Shown here: positions 42,903 to 51,967 of the stretch, one piece after another | How positions within the stretch are numbered: the first letter of the stretch is position 1 | Layout: the number at the start of each line of letters is the position of its first letter | NCBI GenBank assembly: GCA_963813075.1 | Contig: CAWEXU010000017.1 | Span: 64,001-128,000 of the forward strand | Length of the DNA: 64,000 nucleotides | DNA from: Methanotrichaceae archaeon | Lineage (GTDB): Archaea; Halobacteriota; Methanosarcinia; Methanotrichales; Methanotrichaceae | Reading direction: 5' to 3' | The notes under the pieces: model-generated | The model's database searches: none | Told to the model about the DNA's origin: nothing | What the model saw: the letters and a program-made list of their open reading frames with translations, nothing else | Made by a program: the position numbers and the translations under genes

Positions 42903-44133
42903 CCTCTTCCGTCTTTTTGAGCCTGGCCACATCCTCGTCTCTGCCCCGCAGGCTCAAGACCAGTTCATCCTCATAGCTCACATCCAAAAGCTCACTGGTC
43001 CGGTAAAGACGGGAAAGCTGTGCAAAGCTCCGGGGGGTGTAAGGGAGCCGGATCTGATATTCCTTCAATTTTGGCAGGCGCTGATAGATGCATTCTTGAA
43101 GGCTTTTCAGACCCTGGCTGGAATGAGCGGAAACCATAACCGGATTTGGGACTAGGTCCCGGATGTCATCCATTTTAATCTGGGCTTCGAGTTCATTGAG
43201 CCTGTCCACCTTGTTCAGGACGGTGATCATGGGAGCCGTCACCTGGCAGTCCCAGAGGGCTTTGTGCGATGCTAAAAGCTTCTTTCTCAGCAGCTCTGGT
43301 GGATCGCTGATGTCTGCGACCAAAAGGACCAGATCTGCCTGAGCGATCTCGGAAAGGGTGGAATGGAAGGCCTTGATCAGGAAATGGGGCAGGTCATCGA
43401 TGAACCCCACCGTATCGGTGAGCAGCGCCCTGCGGCCATTGATCTCCAGAGCCCTGGTGGTGGGAGTGAGGGTGGTGAAAGGCTGATCCTGGGCATTGAC
43501 CACCGAGCCGGTGAGAGCGTTGAGCAATGTGCTCTTGCCGGCATTGGTGTATCCAGCCAGGGCGATGAGGTCAAATCCCTGCTCTCTGCGCCTCTTTCTC
43601 CTCCCTTCGCTCATCGCCTCCACCTCTTTCAGCTCAGCTCTGATCTTTGCCATCCTCCCCCGGATATCATGGTACATCGACTGCTCATAGGCTCCCGCCC
43701 CTCGAAAGCCCGGCTGCTCTCCCCGTTTTTTAATGGCGAGCTCGCTTTTAACCTGGGGGGCGTCATAGCTCAGACGGGCCAGCTCCACCTGAAGCTTGGC
43801 CTCCCTGGTGGAAGCGCGGGAGGCGAAGATCTCCAAAATGAGATTGAATCTGTCCAGCACCTGGGCGGGAAATTCGCTCCTGATGTTGAAGACCTGATTG
43901 GGGCTGAGGGGATTGTAGAATATCAGCTTCTTTGGCTGCAAGCTCAGGGCCTCGGCTATCTTCCCTTTCCCGATCTGGAAACGATGATCCCTCCCCCGGC
44001 GCTGAGTGATCTCGGCAAGGACACTGTATCCCGCGGCTTCTGCCAGGCCCCGCAGCTCTTTCATCTTATAGGGGTCTTCAGGCCGGGCCGGGTTCTCCCT
44101 CAAGAGCAGAACTGCGGTCTTATCCCCATTCAT
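42880..44133 (-). CDS. hflX: GTPase HflX
   Basis: Motifs EAKLQVELA, GYTNAGKS, DTVGFI and NKVD. Confidence 0.95.
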   Translation of the reverse strand: MNGDKTAVLLLRENPARPEDPYKMKELRGLAEAAGYSVLAEITQRRGRDHRFQIGKGKIAEALSLQPKKLIFYNPLSPNQVFNIRSEFPAQVLDRFNLILEIFASRASTREAKLQVELARLSYDAPQVKSELAIKKRGEQPGFRGAGAYEQSMYHDIRGRMAKIRAELKEVEAMSEGRRKRRREQGFDLIALAGYTNAGKSTLLNALTGSVVNAQDQPFTTLTPTTRALEINGRRALLTDTVGFIDDLPHFLIKAFHSTLSEIAQADLVLLVADISDPPELLRKKLLASHKALWDCQVTAPMITVLNKVDRLNELEAQIKMDDIRDLVPNPVMVSAHSSQGLKSLQECIYQRLPKLKEYQIRLPYTPRSFAQLSRLYRTSELLDVSYEDELVLSLRGRDEDVARLKKTEEDDVRDPA

Positions 44134-44539
44134 CTATAGATTCCTCAAGTCTATCTGTGATAAGCCTTCGTCCGGCTAAAGAGATGTGATGGGCCAATTC
44201 TATTGCCGTCCTCTCTGCGATCGTCTCCGGATATTTGATATCCCTTCCCAGAATGCTTTTTGCCCTCCAGACCTCCACGTTATAAAAGTCGCCCTGTTCG
44301 GCTACAACAGTTCCCGTAAGGCCTGAGCATGTCTCGCTAATGAGATCGGAAATCAGATTGAGGTCCAGAGCTTCGGCGGTGCGGGGGACCAGCCTGACTG
44401 CATGAAACTTTTCTATAAAATTAGGAGATATCTGGGCGGAGACGGCAGCGCAGACCATCCTGTACCTGCCACGCACAGAATGACGGCCCGATATGTCAAT
44501 CGCCACTATGTCTATCCGTTCAACCCCTGAGAATGGCAT
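44120..44539 (-). CDS. Conserved methanogen protein (DUF2209-like)
   Basis: Sequence 'AIDISGRH...MVCAAV...AIELAHHIS'. Confidence 0.65.
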   Translation of the reverse strand: MPFSGVERIDIVAIDISGRHSVRGRYRMVCAAVSAQISPNFIEKFHAVRLVPRTAEALDLNLISDLISETCSGLTGTVVAEQGDFYNVEVWRAKSILGRDIKYPETIAERTAIELAHHISLAGRRLITDRLEESIDEWG

Positions 44540-45155
44540 GGCGCAGGACGATATCCGTTGCCTCTTCTTCTGTCAGCCCCGCTCCAATGGCGATCTGAAT
44601 TGCCCTCTTGCTGTCGATGAGGTCTTCAGGGGCATGGGCATCCGTGTCCACCACCATCTTTGCCCCGGCCTTGATCGCCATCTGCACCACATGGCCGTTG
44701 GTGATATTATGGCCGGAGCGGGAGGTTATCTCCAGACAGACATCGTTCTCCCTGGCCAACTCTGCCTCCTCCAGGGTAATGAATCCGGGATGAGCGAGGA
44801 TATCCACTCCTGCCTCCAGAGCGGCGCGGTTGGTGCCCGGACGGACCGGCTCCACAGGAGACTCGCCGTGGACTACCACGATCTCCGCTCCCAGTTTGCG
44901 GGCCAGCTCTGCCAGCGGCGCTATCTTCTGAGGCGGCACATGGGTGAGCTCGACGCCTGGAAGAATCCTGATATCCAGAATGCCCTCCAGATATTTGGCC
45001 TTCAAGACGCAGCTTAAGATGTGCTCTATATTGGTGTAATCGGCATGATCGGTTATGCCGATGGCGGTATATCCCAGGACCTCTGCCCGGCGTACCAGCT
45101 CGCTGGGTATGAGTTCGCCATCGCTGAATGTTGTATGGGTATGCAGATCGATCAT
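44520..45155 (-). CDS. PHP-domain protein (histidinol-phosphatase-like)
   Basis: Motifs DLHTHTTFSDG, ITDHAD, GVELTHVPP and DTDAH. Confidence 0.88.
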   Translation of the reverse strand: MIDLHTHTTFSDGELIPSELVRRAEVLGYTAIGITDHADYTNIEHILSCVLKAKYLEGILDIRILPGVELTHVPPQKIAPLAELARKLGAEIVVVHGESPVEPVRPGTNRAALEAGVDILAHPGFITLEEAELARENDVCLEITSRSGHNITNGHVVQMAIKAGAKMVVDTDAHAPEDLIDSKRAIQIAIGAGLTEEEATDIVLRHAILRG

Positions 45156-45203
45156 ATATATCTCGTTTAGCAAATATATTGTGTAGAGGCTATACTTGGC
45201 CGC

Positions 45204-45521
45204 TCAACTTCGCTTGCCATGAGCGGCCTGCTTTTTGTACTTCATCTTCAAAGATCCGGCGATCTTCTTCAATGTGGCGGACTTGGAGCCATTTTTCGCC
45301 ACCAATATTCGACCTGCTGCCTCCGGCCTGTGCCAGGTTTTGGGATGCTTTTTCTCCCGCTCGATCTCCGGCTTCAGGCCGGATTTGATCGATGCGGTGA
45401 TGATCATATCCAGGTTGGGCTCAGTGACGGCATGCTCTCGTGGTACCATCCTGCCCTCCTGCCGGGAGCGAGCAGCATCAAAATATAGCGGCCAGATCAC
45501 AATCTTGCTCTTGTCAGGCAT
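45204..45521 (-). CDS. srp19: Signal recognition particle protein SRP19
   Basis: Sequence 'IVIWPLYFDAARSRQEGR.VP...KKHPK.W'. Confidence 0.93.
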   Translation of the reverse strand: MPDKSKIVIWPLYFDAARSRQEGRMVPREHAVTEPNLDMIITASIKSGLKPEIEREKKHPKTWHRPEAAGRILVAKNGSKSATLKKIAGSLKMKYKKQAAHGKRS

Positions 45522-45637
45522 ATACCCCTGCCTTGTATCACCTCATTAAAGAATCTTTGTCTCACAATCGCTCTGGCACGCAAGTCTTTTAGCCATGCTG
45601 AATGATACTATGGCAAATACAATAGTGGAGTTCGATC

Positions 45638-46546
45638 ATGAGTGAAGAGAGTTATCCCGTTGCCAATGTAAGAGGACAGGAGGTCCCCTACGACCCGGAG
45701 CAGCTCAGAAAGATATCTGAACATCCCTGCTTCAGCGAGAAGGCCTGTCACTCTTTTGGCAGGATGCATCTGGCCGTGGCCCCCAAGTGCAATATCCAGT
45801 GCAAATACTGCATCCGGGACTTCGATTGCGTCAATGAGTCCCGTCCTGGGGTCACCAGCGAGGTTTTAAAGCCCAAGGAGGCCCTGGAAAGGGTCGATCA
45901 GGTGCTGGAGAAGTACCACTACATCAAGGTGGTCGCTGTAGCAGGCCCTGGTGAGCCTCTGGCCAATGAGGAGACCTTCGAGACTCTGCGCCTGGTGGGT
46001 GAGAAGTATCCCAACATCATTCTCTGCATCAGCACTAACGGGCTGCTACTGCCCGATAAGATCCAGGAGCTGGATCGGCTGGGGGTATGCAATATCACCG
46101 TCACCATGAATGCCATCGACCCCGAGATCGGCCAGCAGATCTACGACTATGTCAATTATGAGGGCAAGAGATATGAGGGCCTGGAGGCAGCGACCCTTTT
46201 ACGCGATCAGCAGCTCAAGGGAATCGCTGAAGCAGTGAGGCTGAAGAAGATCGTCAAGGTCAACACCGTCCTCATCCCGGGGATAAACGATTCGCACGTC
46301 TTCGATATCGCTAATAAGATCAAGTCCATGGGGGTGTTCATCCACAATGTCATGCCCCTCATCCCCCAGTACAAGTTCGCTCATATCAAACCCCCATCGC
46401 CGGAGGAGAAGAGAAAGATCCAGGAGGAGCTGGGGAAGATCATCAAACAGATGAAGCACTGCCGGCAGTGCCGCTCAGATGCCATCGGAAAGCTGGGATG
46501 CGATGTGCAGCAGGAGTTCGCAAGCAGGACGAATGAGCAGGCCTAA
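45638..46546 (+). CDS. nifB: NifB-family radical SAM protein (methanogen-type, no NifX domain)
   Basis: Motifs HPC, CNIQCKYC, NESRPG, AGPGEPL and C-terminal CRQCRSDA. Confidence 0.9.
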   Translation: MSEESYPVANVRGQEVPYDPEQLRKISEHPCFSEKACHSFGRMHLAVAPKCNIQCKYCIRDFDCVNESRPGVTSEVLKPKEALERVDQVLEKYHYIKVVAVAGPGEPLANEETFETLRLVGEKYPNIILCISTNGLLLPDKIQELDRLGVCNITVTMNAIDPEIGQQIYDYVNYEGKRYEGLEAATLLRDQQLKGIAEAVRLKKIVKVNTVLIPGINDSHVFDIANKIKSMGVFIHNVMPLIPQYKFAHIKPPSPEEKRKIQEELGKIIKQMKHCRQCRSDAIGKLGCDVQQEFASRTNEQA

Positions 46547-46646
46547 AAAGGATCTTTGTCCGGGCGCATTGCTGCGCCCCACTGACATTTTATGATATCG
46601 TTTAAGATTATTATAGAATTTGTAGATATGAATCTGTAGATTTGTA

Positions 46647-46853
46647 TTAATGCTTTAGCTTCTTTGTAGCACTGGAAATGCTCTTGGTGATGCCGGAGAG
46701 GATGCCCTTCCCGCCTGATTTGGAGCTAGCCTGCGCAGCGCTGGTCGAGCTGACATTCTTATCCCTCTTCTTGGAGATGGGATTGCCGTTCTTCATCTGA
46801 TAGTTGCTGTTTCGATCCTGTGGACCCTTGCTCTTTTTCTTATCTTTTGCCAT
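46647..46853 (-). CDS. Small Lys/Ser-rich hypothetical protein
   Basis: 68-aa basic ORF 'MAKDKKKSK...'. Confidence 0.5.
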   Translation of the reverse strand: MAKDKKKSKGPQDRNSNYQMKNGNPISKKRDKNVSSTSAAQASSKSGGKGILSGITKSISSATKKLKH

Positions 46854-46977
46854 ATTAACCACCGCTTTGCTCTATGTCAAAATTGATATAGATTTCGGCT
46901 ACAAGATGGCTGAACTTGGCAATCTCTTTTATAAATAGCGACATGAAATACAGATCCATAATTGCGATCAGTAGCTG

Positions 46978-47991
46978 CTATCTGGTTGTTTTTTCTGTCG
47001 CTAATTCATTCACAATAGCTTCAGTCTCTTCCCCAGCGTCAGTCTTCAGGGCCTTTTCATAGACCACATGGCCTGCTGCCACGTCCTGAATTCCCAGGCC
47101 GGTGGAATCGAATATGGTGATCTCTTCATCGCTGGTCCTCCCGGGCTTTTTCCCCGACAGGATCTCGCCGATCTGGCCGTAGATCTCCTCCGGGCGAAGG
47201 GACCCCTCTGAGAGGGGGACGTTGACCTCACCGGAATGGACGGCCTGAGCCAGGTCATCCACCACTACCGTGGCCCTCTTCAATAGAATTGACGGGAGCT
47301 CTTGCTTGCCTGGAGCGTCCGCCCCGATGGCATTGATATGTGTCCCCGGCCGGATCCATTCTTCGCTGATCACGGGACGGCGCGAGGGAGTGGTGGTAAC
47401 CAGGATATCGCATTCGCAGGCCTCTTTTGGCCCGGAGACGGTTATGCAGTGGCAATTCATGAGCCCCTGGACATCCTCCCTGAAAGACCTGGCCCGATCG
47501 GCAAAGCTGTCGAAGACTCTCACCTCTTCGATTGCGAATTGGCGGGAGAGGCCAGAAAGCTGGGTTCGCGCCTGCGCTCCCGCCCCGATCATCCCCACCA
47601 CCCTTGAATCCTTTCTGGCCAGATAGCGGGCGGCTACCGCACCAGCCGCACCGGTGCGCATGCTGGTGAGATAGGTCGCACCCATAACCGCTAAAGGCTC
47701 GCCGGTCTGGGGAGAGTTGAGGATCAACAGGGCCATGACCGAGGGGAGCCCGATCTCCTGATTTCCGGGATGGACATTGACGATCTTCACCCCGGCCAGA
47801 TCCTGCCCTTCAAGATATGCAGGCATGGTTCTGAGGTCGCCATTGTGACTGGAGAAGTAGAGGTATGATTTGGGTGGCATCTGAGTTTTTCCCATCCCGT
47901 GATCAAGAAAGGCCCTATGGACGGCCGCTATCGCATCATCTATGGTCAGGAGCGACCTTACTTCCTCCTCTGTTAGCCAGAGCACTTCCAT
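46978..47991 (-). CDS. Archaeal alanine dehydrogenase (ornithine cyclodeaminase/mu-crystallin family)
   Basis: Motifs GDLRTMPAY, KIVNVHPGN, RTGAAG and FDSTGLGIQD. The last few residues may be frameshifted. Confidence 0.88.
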   Translation of the reverse strand: MEVLWLTEEEVRSLLTIDDAIAAVHRAFLDHGMGKTQMPPKSYLYFSSHNGDLRTMPAYLEGQDLAGVKIVNVHPGNQEIGLPSVMALLILNSPQTGEPLAVMGATYLTSMRTGAAGAVAARYLARKDSRVVGMIGAGAQARTQLSGLSRQFAIEEVRVFDSFADRARSFREDVQGLMNCHCITVSGPKEACECDILVTTTPSRRPVISEEWIRPGTHINAIGADAPGKQELPSILLKRATVVVDDLAQAVHSGEVNVPLSEGSLRPEEIYGQIGEILSGKKPGRTSDEEITIFDSTGLGIQDVAAGHVVYEKALKTDAGEETEAIVNELATEKTTR

Positions 47992-48260
47992 GAAAAACAC
48001 CCAATTGCTGGATGGGGGGTAAAGGAGAAAAAGCCTTTGGCCAGTCGATGGGGAAAGACCGGGAGAGAAAAGGGGGGTTAGAGCCTTCGAGAGAAGGGAT
48101 GAGGGGATATCACCGGAGGCTCCAAGATATCACTTGTATTTTAAACTATTTAAGTTTAATTAATTGTGCAGCGATCGCATTATTCCTTTGAAATAATCAT
48201 CGTGATAATAACGATATTATCGATATTGTTGATAGTAATGGACCCATGCCAATAGGAGCC

Positions 48261-48764
48261 CTAATACACAGTCACCCTTTTTACGCCCTCGATCTCCTTG
48301 AGCAGAGTCACCAGCTCCCCTGGGATCTTGCCCTCGGTGATGATGGTGAGCTTTGGATTCTCCACAAAGTAAGGGTCGTCCGAGACCGCCTGGCGGATGG
48401 ATAGGCCGTTTTTGGCCACTGTCCTGGCCACATCGCCTAAAAGTCCAGTCTTGGCGGCATTCACCGGCGTGATCTCAATTACCCCCAACCCCAGGATTGG
48501 TGCCACCTCTCCCAGATAGATCATGGAGCGCACATTTCTGAAGACCTTCCAGAGGACCTCGTCATCGCGAATGGCCTGGGCGGTGGTGTCGACCACCCTC
48601 CGGTCAACTTCCAGCTCCTTTGCGATCTGAGCATGAGGAATCTCGATCTGGCCCGATACCACCCGTGCCTGGTCATTGACCTGAAAGCCCCTCTGCAGGA
48701 TGAGGCGGATTACCTTCTCCTGCGCGGGGAACCTTTTGAACTTGTCTAAAATCTCCTGCCACAT
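48261..48764 (-). CDS. ACT-domain amino-acid-binding regulator
   Basis: Motifs 'IAKELEVDRRVV' and 'ISIRQ'-like 'LSIRQAVSDDP'. Confidence 0.8.
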   Translation of the reverse strand: MWQEILDKFKRFPAQEKVIRLILQRGFQVNDQARVVSGQIEIPHAQIAKELEVDRRVVDTTAQAIRDDEVLWKVFRNVRSMIYLGEVAPILGLGVIEITPVNAAKTGLLGDVARTVAKNGLSIRQAVSDDPYFVENPKLTIITEGKIPGELVTLLKEIEGVKRVTVY

Positions 48765-48853
48765 GTGCCTCAAATTACATTTGACCTGAAAGTACAAAAG
48801 GGCTTCCTTGCCTTAAAGAGAACATCATGCCTTCCCGGAAAGCATCATGCCTT

Positions 48854-49955
48854 TCAGGAGAACATCATCCTGGGAGGCTGGCGGTACTCTTTTCTCGCCG
48901 CTGGTATGGTCTCTTCCATATGCTTTTGAGTTATATTGGACTCATCCATCAGGGCATGGTGCAGTGCCACCTTCAGCACCTTCTCCACCAGGTCCCGGCC
49001 GGAGAAGCCTTCCGTCTGCCGGGCGATCTCATTCAGGTCCACCTCCACCATCTCCAGGGGCAGGGTGGCGGCATTTTTCTCCAGGATCTGTAAGCGCTCA
49101 TTTTTATCCGGCAGCTTGAACTCTATCTCCTCCTCAAAGCGGGAGCGGACGGAGGCGTCCAGGACCTCGATCTGATTGGTGGCGGCAATGGTACAGACTG
49201 CCCAGTCGGCTGGAGATCCCGTCCATCTCCGTCAGCAGGCTGTTGACCATCTCCGATACATCGCCCCTCAGGTCCTGATAGCGCCGGTCGAGGGCTATGG
49301 CGTCCAGCTCATCGATGAATATTATGCAGGGAGCCATCTCTTCCGCTTTCTCATAGAGGCTGTGGATCTGCCGGGCGCCCTCGCCCACAAACTCGCCGAT
49401 CAGGCTGGTGGACTTGATGGCCAGCATTGGCACATCCGCCTTAGCAGCCAGGGCTTTGGCGATCATGGTCTTTCCGGTGCCAGAGACGCCATAGAAGAGG
49501 ATGTTGCGTGGAGCCCAGCGGCCGAACTTCTCCGGGTCCTGGAGGTAATTCTCGATTATCTTCACCTTGCGCTTGGCATTTTCCTGGCCAATGATGTCAT
49601 TGAAGGATATGTCGTAGCTGACCTTCTTTTTGACTTCCGCCTTCTGCTCTACTTTGATGGTGGTCTGGAAGCCGACCACCGAATGCCTGGGGTAGGCCCG
49701 GATAACCTGAAAGGCATAATCCGGGTAGAGCCTGCGGTCGAAAAGATAGCATCCTGGATTCACTTCCTCACCGTACCACTGCTCCCGGGCGTACAGCTCG
49801 AAGAGCTTGGGATCGGAGACCGATGGACACTCCTGAAAGATGCTTTTCAAGGGGTAGCCGGCTGGCCGCAAGAGGAGAAACTTGGCCCCTACTGCTTTTC
49901 CTCTCTCGGGCTTTGCTCCTTGAGGCTTGGTCTGGGTCTTCTGGATGGATCGCAC
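48854..49955 (-). CDS. AAA+ ATPase, archaeal CDC48/FtsH-related single domain (frameshift ~49200)
   Basis: Motifs YGVSGTGKT, IFIDELDAI and GFSGRDL. Confidence 0.85.
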
Positions 49956-50211
49956 AATGAGACCCTTGCTGGCGGAGATAGTTAAATCTATTGGCCTTTT
50001 GGCCTCGATGGCTGAATATCGCGGTAATTTGGCTCATCCTCTGGCAGCGGTCGAAGGTATTAGATCTCTGCTTTCGTATCTCTCCACCAGATCTTTTGTA
50101 CCATATGTTTATATCGTTGAATGACGAAGCAAGGTCGGGCAAAGTCCGGCCAATTGCGCCTTCCTCCTATGCTTTTCATCTTAGACTTTGCCCATCCCTC
50201 CCATTATGATA

Positions 50212-50447
50212 TTTTATAGTTCCTCGCTGTTTCTTGTGGGTAATAGAATGGTCGAGTCCTCTGTGAGTTCTCCGTGCGCTTTGTGCCTCTGTGGTAGTAG
50301 TTCGTACACAGTGGTTATAACCAGTGGCGAGCGACGTTCCACCACAGAGATACAAAGTTCACAAAGTACGCACAGAGCGCCTAACCAAGAACTGGGAAAC
50401 CATAGAAACCTCTGGTTAGCCACAGGAAATAGCGAAGAGCCAAAAAA
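50212..50447. repeat. Nested inverted-repeat (MITE/REP-like) element
   Basis: Outer arms 50212-50243/50416-50447 (25/32), inner arms 50259-50297/50339-50377 (30/39), central palindrome TGGTTATAACCA at 50312-50323. Confidence 0.8.
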
Positions 50448-50482
50448 GTTTTTGAGCTAAAATAGTAAGCCTTGCCAGCAGA

Positions 50483-50602
50483 TCACTGGCAAGTATCGAG
50501 AAGACCTTTTTTCTTTCCGCCCCTCTTGTCACCGGGCTTTATGGGCTCGACCTTTGCTTCATTCTCTTCTTTTTTCTCTTTATTTTCTTCATGATGTCCC
50601 AT
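50483..50602 (-). CDS. 39-aa charged microprotein (MGHHEENKEKKEENEAKVEPIKPGDKRGGKKKGLLDTCQ)
   Basis: GGAGG 8 nt upstream. The stop lies within an 8-bp hairpin CTTGCCAG/CTGGCAAG. Confidence 0.5.
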   Translation of the reverse strand: MGHHEENKEKKEENEAKVEPIKPGDKRGGKKKGLLDTCQ

Positions 50603-50799
50603 TTTGTCGCCTCCGTTATCTCTATTATCTATGGTATTGGAGCTGATCTCAAATATATCTTCCGGTAAGGGGGCCAGGTCCAGAGGAAAGATGATAAAAG
50701 GACCCCAAAAAGAAAAGGAATGTGGGATGAAGCGGAATTCATCCCTTCAATTTTAGCGATCGCATCCATTCAGGGATATCCCGCCCGAAGGATAGCGAT

Positions 50800-51960
50800 T
50801 CAGCCGCACTTATTCTCAACGATGCAGGTGGGGTCCTCTGCCATCAGGTCGCCATTATAGTAGTAGGCCTTCTGCCGGCACCCTCCGCACAGCTCCCGGT
50901 AGTCGCAGCTTCCACATGCTCCTTTGAGATTGGATTTATTTGTTCGCAGCGCCAGAAGCTCCGGGGTTGGATGGTCGATCCAGATGTCCTGGAAGGACCT
51001 CTCCCGGACATTGCCCACCACCACCTGGGGCATGAAGTGGCAGGGGTGGACATCTCCCTTATAGCTGATATTGGCCACTTTGGCCCCGGCGGAGCAGCCA
51101 CCGGCATTGGTCAGGAGCCTTCGCACATAATCCTTTCTCGGATCGTCCTTCAAGATCTCGAGCAGATATGCCCCGTCCATGGGAGAATCGGTGGTCAGAA
51201 TCTCGATGTTCTTATCTTTCAGCTCCACTGCTGCCTCTGCCAGCAGGCGGATGACGCTGCGGCGCTGCTCAGAGCTTACATCCTTATCCGATATCCCCGC
51301 CCCCCGGCCGGTGGGAACCAGGTGGTAGAGACAGAAGCGGGGGATATTCTCTTCGATTGCCAGATTGAGGAGGGCGGGGACATCCTGCCAGTTGTCTTTT
51401 GTCAATGTGATCCTCAGGCCGGTCTTCAGGCCTGCATCCCTGGCGTTTCTCAATCCCTGCAGGGCACGGTCGAACGCTCCGGGGACGCCCCGGAAGTCGT
51501 CATGCCTGGCGGGGAGAACGGAGTCCAGGCTCACTCCCACATATCTGATGCCCGCCTCAGCCAAAAGCCCTGCCACTTCGGGTGTGATCAGGGTGCCGTT
51601 GGTGGATATCACCGTCCTCAATCCCGCCTTTTGGGCATGGAAGGCCAGAGGGAAGAAGTTGTGGCTCATCAGGGGTTCTCCACCGGTGAGAATGAGGATC
51701 GGTATCTTCATCCGGGCCAGGTCGTCCACCACGCGCACCCCTTCCTCAAGGCTGAGCTCGTCGTCCATCTTTTGGCTGGCATCCATATAGCAGTGCTTGC
51801 AGGCCAGGTTGCAGCGCCTGGTCAGATTCCACATCACCACCGGTTTTGTCTGGGCGGAGAAGCGGAGCAGGTCTGCCGGGACGTCCTGGCAGGACTCGGA
51901 TTCTCGCAGGGCCTCCCATACTGTGGCCTGGTCGGCCAGGGCTTTGGAAAATATGATCAT
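50800..51960 (-). CDS. ahbC: Radical SAM/SPASM enzyme of alternative heme biosynthesis, AhbC-like
   Basis: Sequence 'LLRFS..TKPVVMWNLTRRCNLACKHCY' and a SPASM cysteine cluster. Lies in the tetrapyrrole operon. Confidence 0.8.
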   Translation of the reverse strand: MIIFSKALADQATVWEALRESESCQDVPADLLRFSAQTKPVVMWNLTRRCNLACKHCYMDASQKMDDELSLEEGVRVVDDLARMKIPILILTGGEPLMSHNFFPLAFHAQKAGLRTVISTNGTLITPEVAGLLAEAGIRYVGVSLDSVLPARHDDFRGVPGAFDRALQGLRNARDAGLKTGLRITLTKDNWQDVPALLNLAIEENIPRFCLYHLVPTGRGAGISDKDVSSEQRRSVIRLLAEAAVELKDKNIEILTTDSPMDGAYLLEILKDDPRKDYVRRLLTNAGGCSAGAKVANISYKGDVHPCHFMPQVVVGNVRERSFQDIWIDHPTPELLALRTNKSNLKGACGSCDYRELCGGCRQKAYYYNGDLMAEDPTCIVENKCG

Positions 51961-51967
51961 GTTTTTC

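Noticed and set aside
48810..48868. C/D-box sRNA (ATGATG...CTGA on the minus strand)
   Set aside because: Boxes read TGATGT/TGATGC rather than TGATGA and the spacing is too short. Better explained as duplication of the AAA gene's 3' end.
50188..50460. ORFs 50188-50460 (+) and 50214-50423 (-)
   Set aside because: They are translations of the palindromic element rather than credible proteins.
50800..51960. Radical SAM/SPASM enzyme as a novel RiPP maturase
   Set aside because: Its N-terminal signature and position in the hemL-hemC-cobA/hemD operon fit AhbC.
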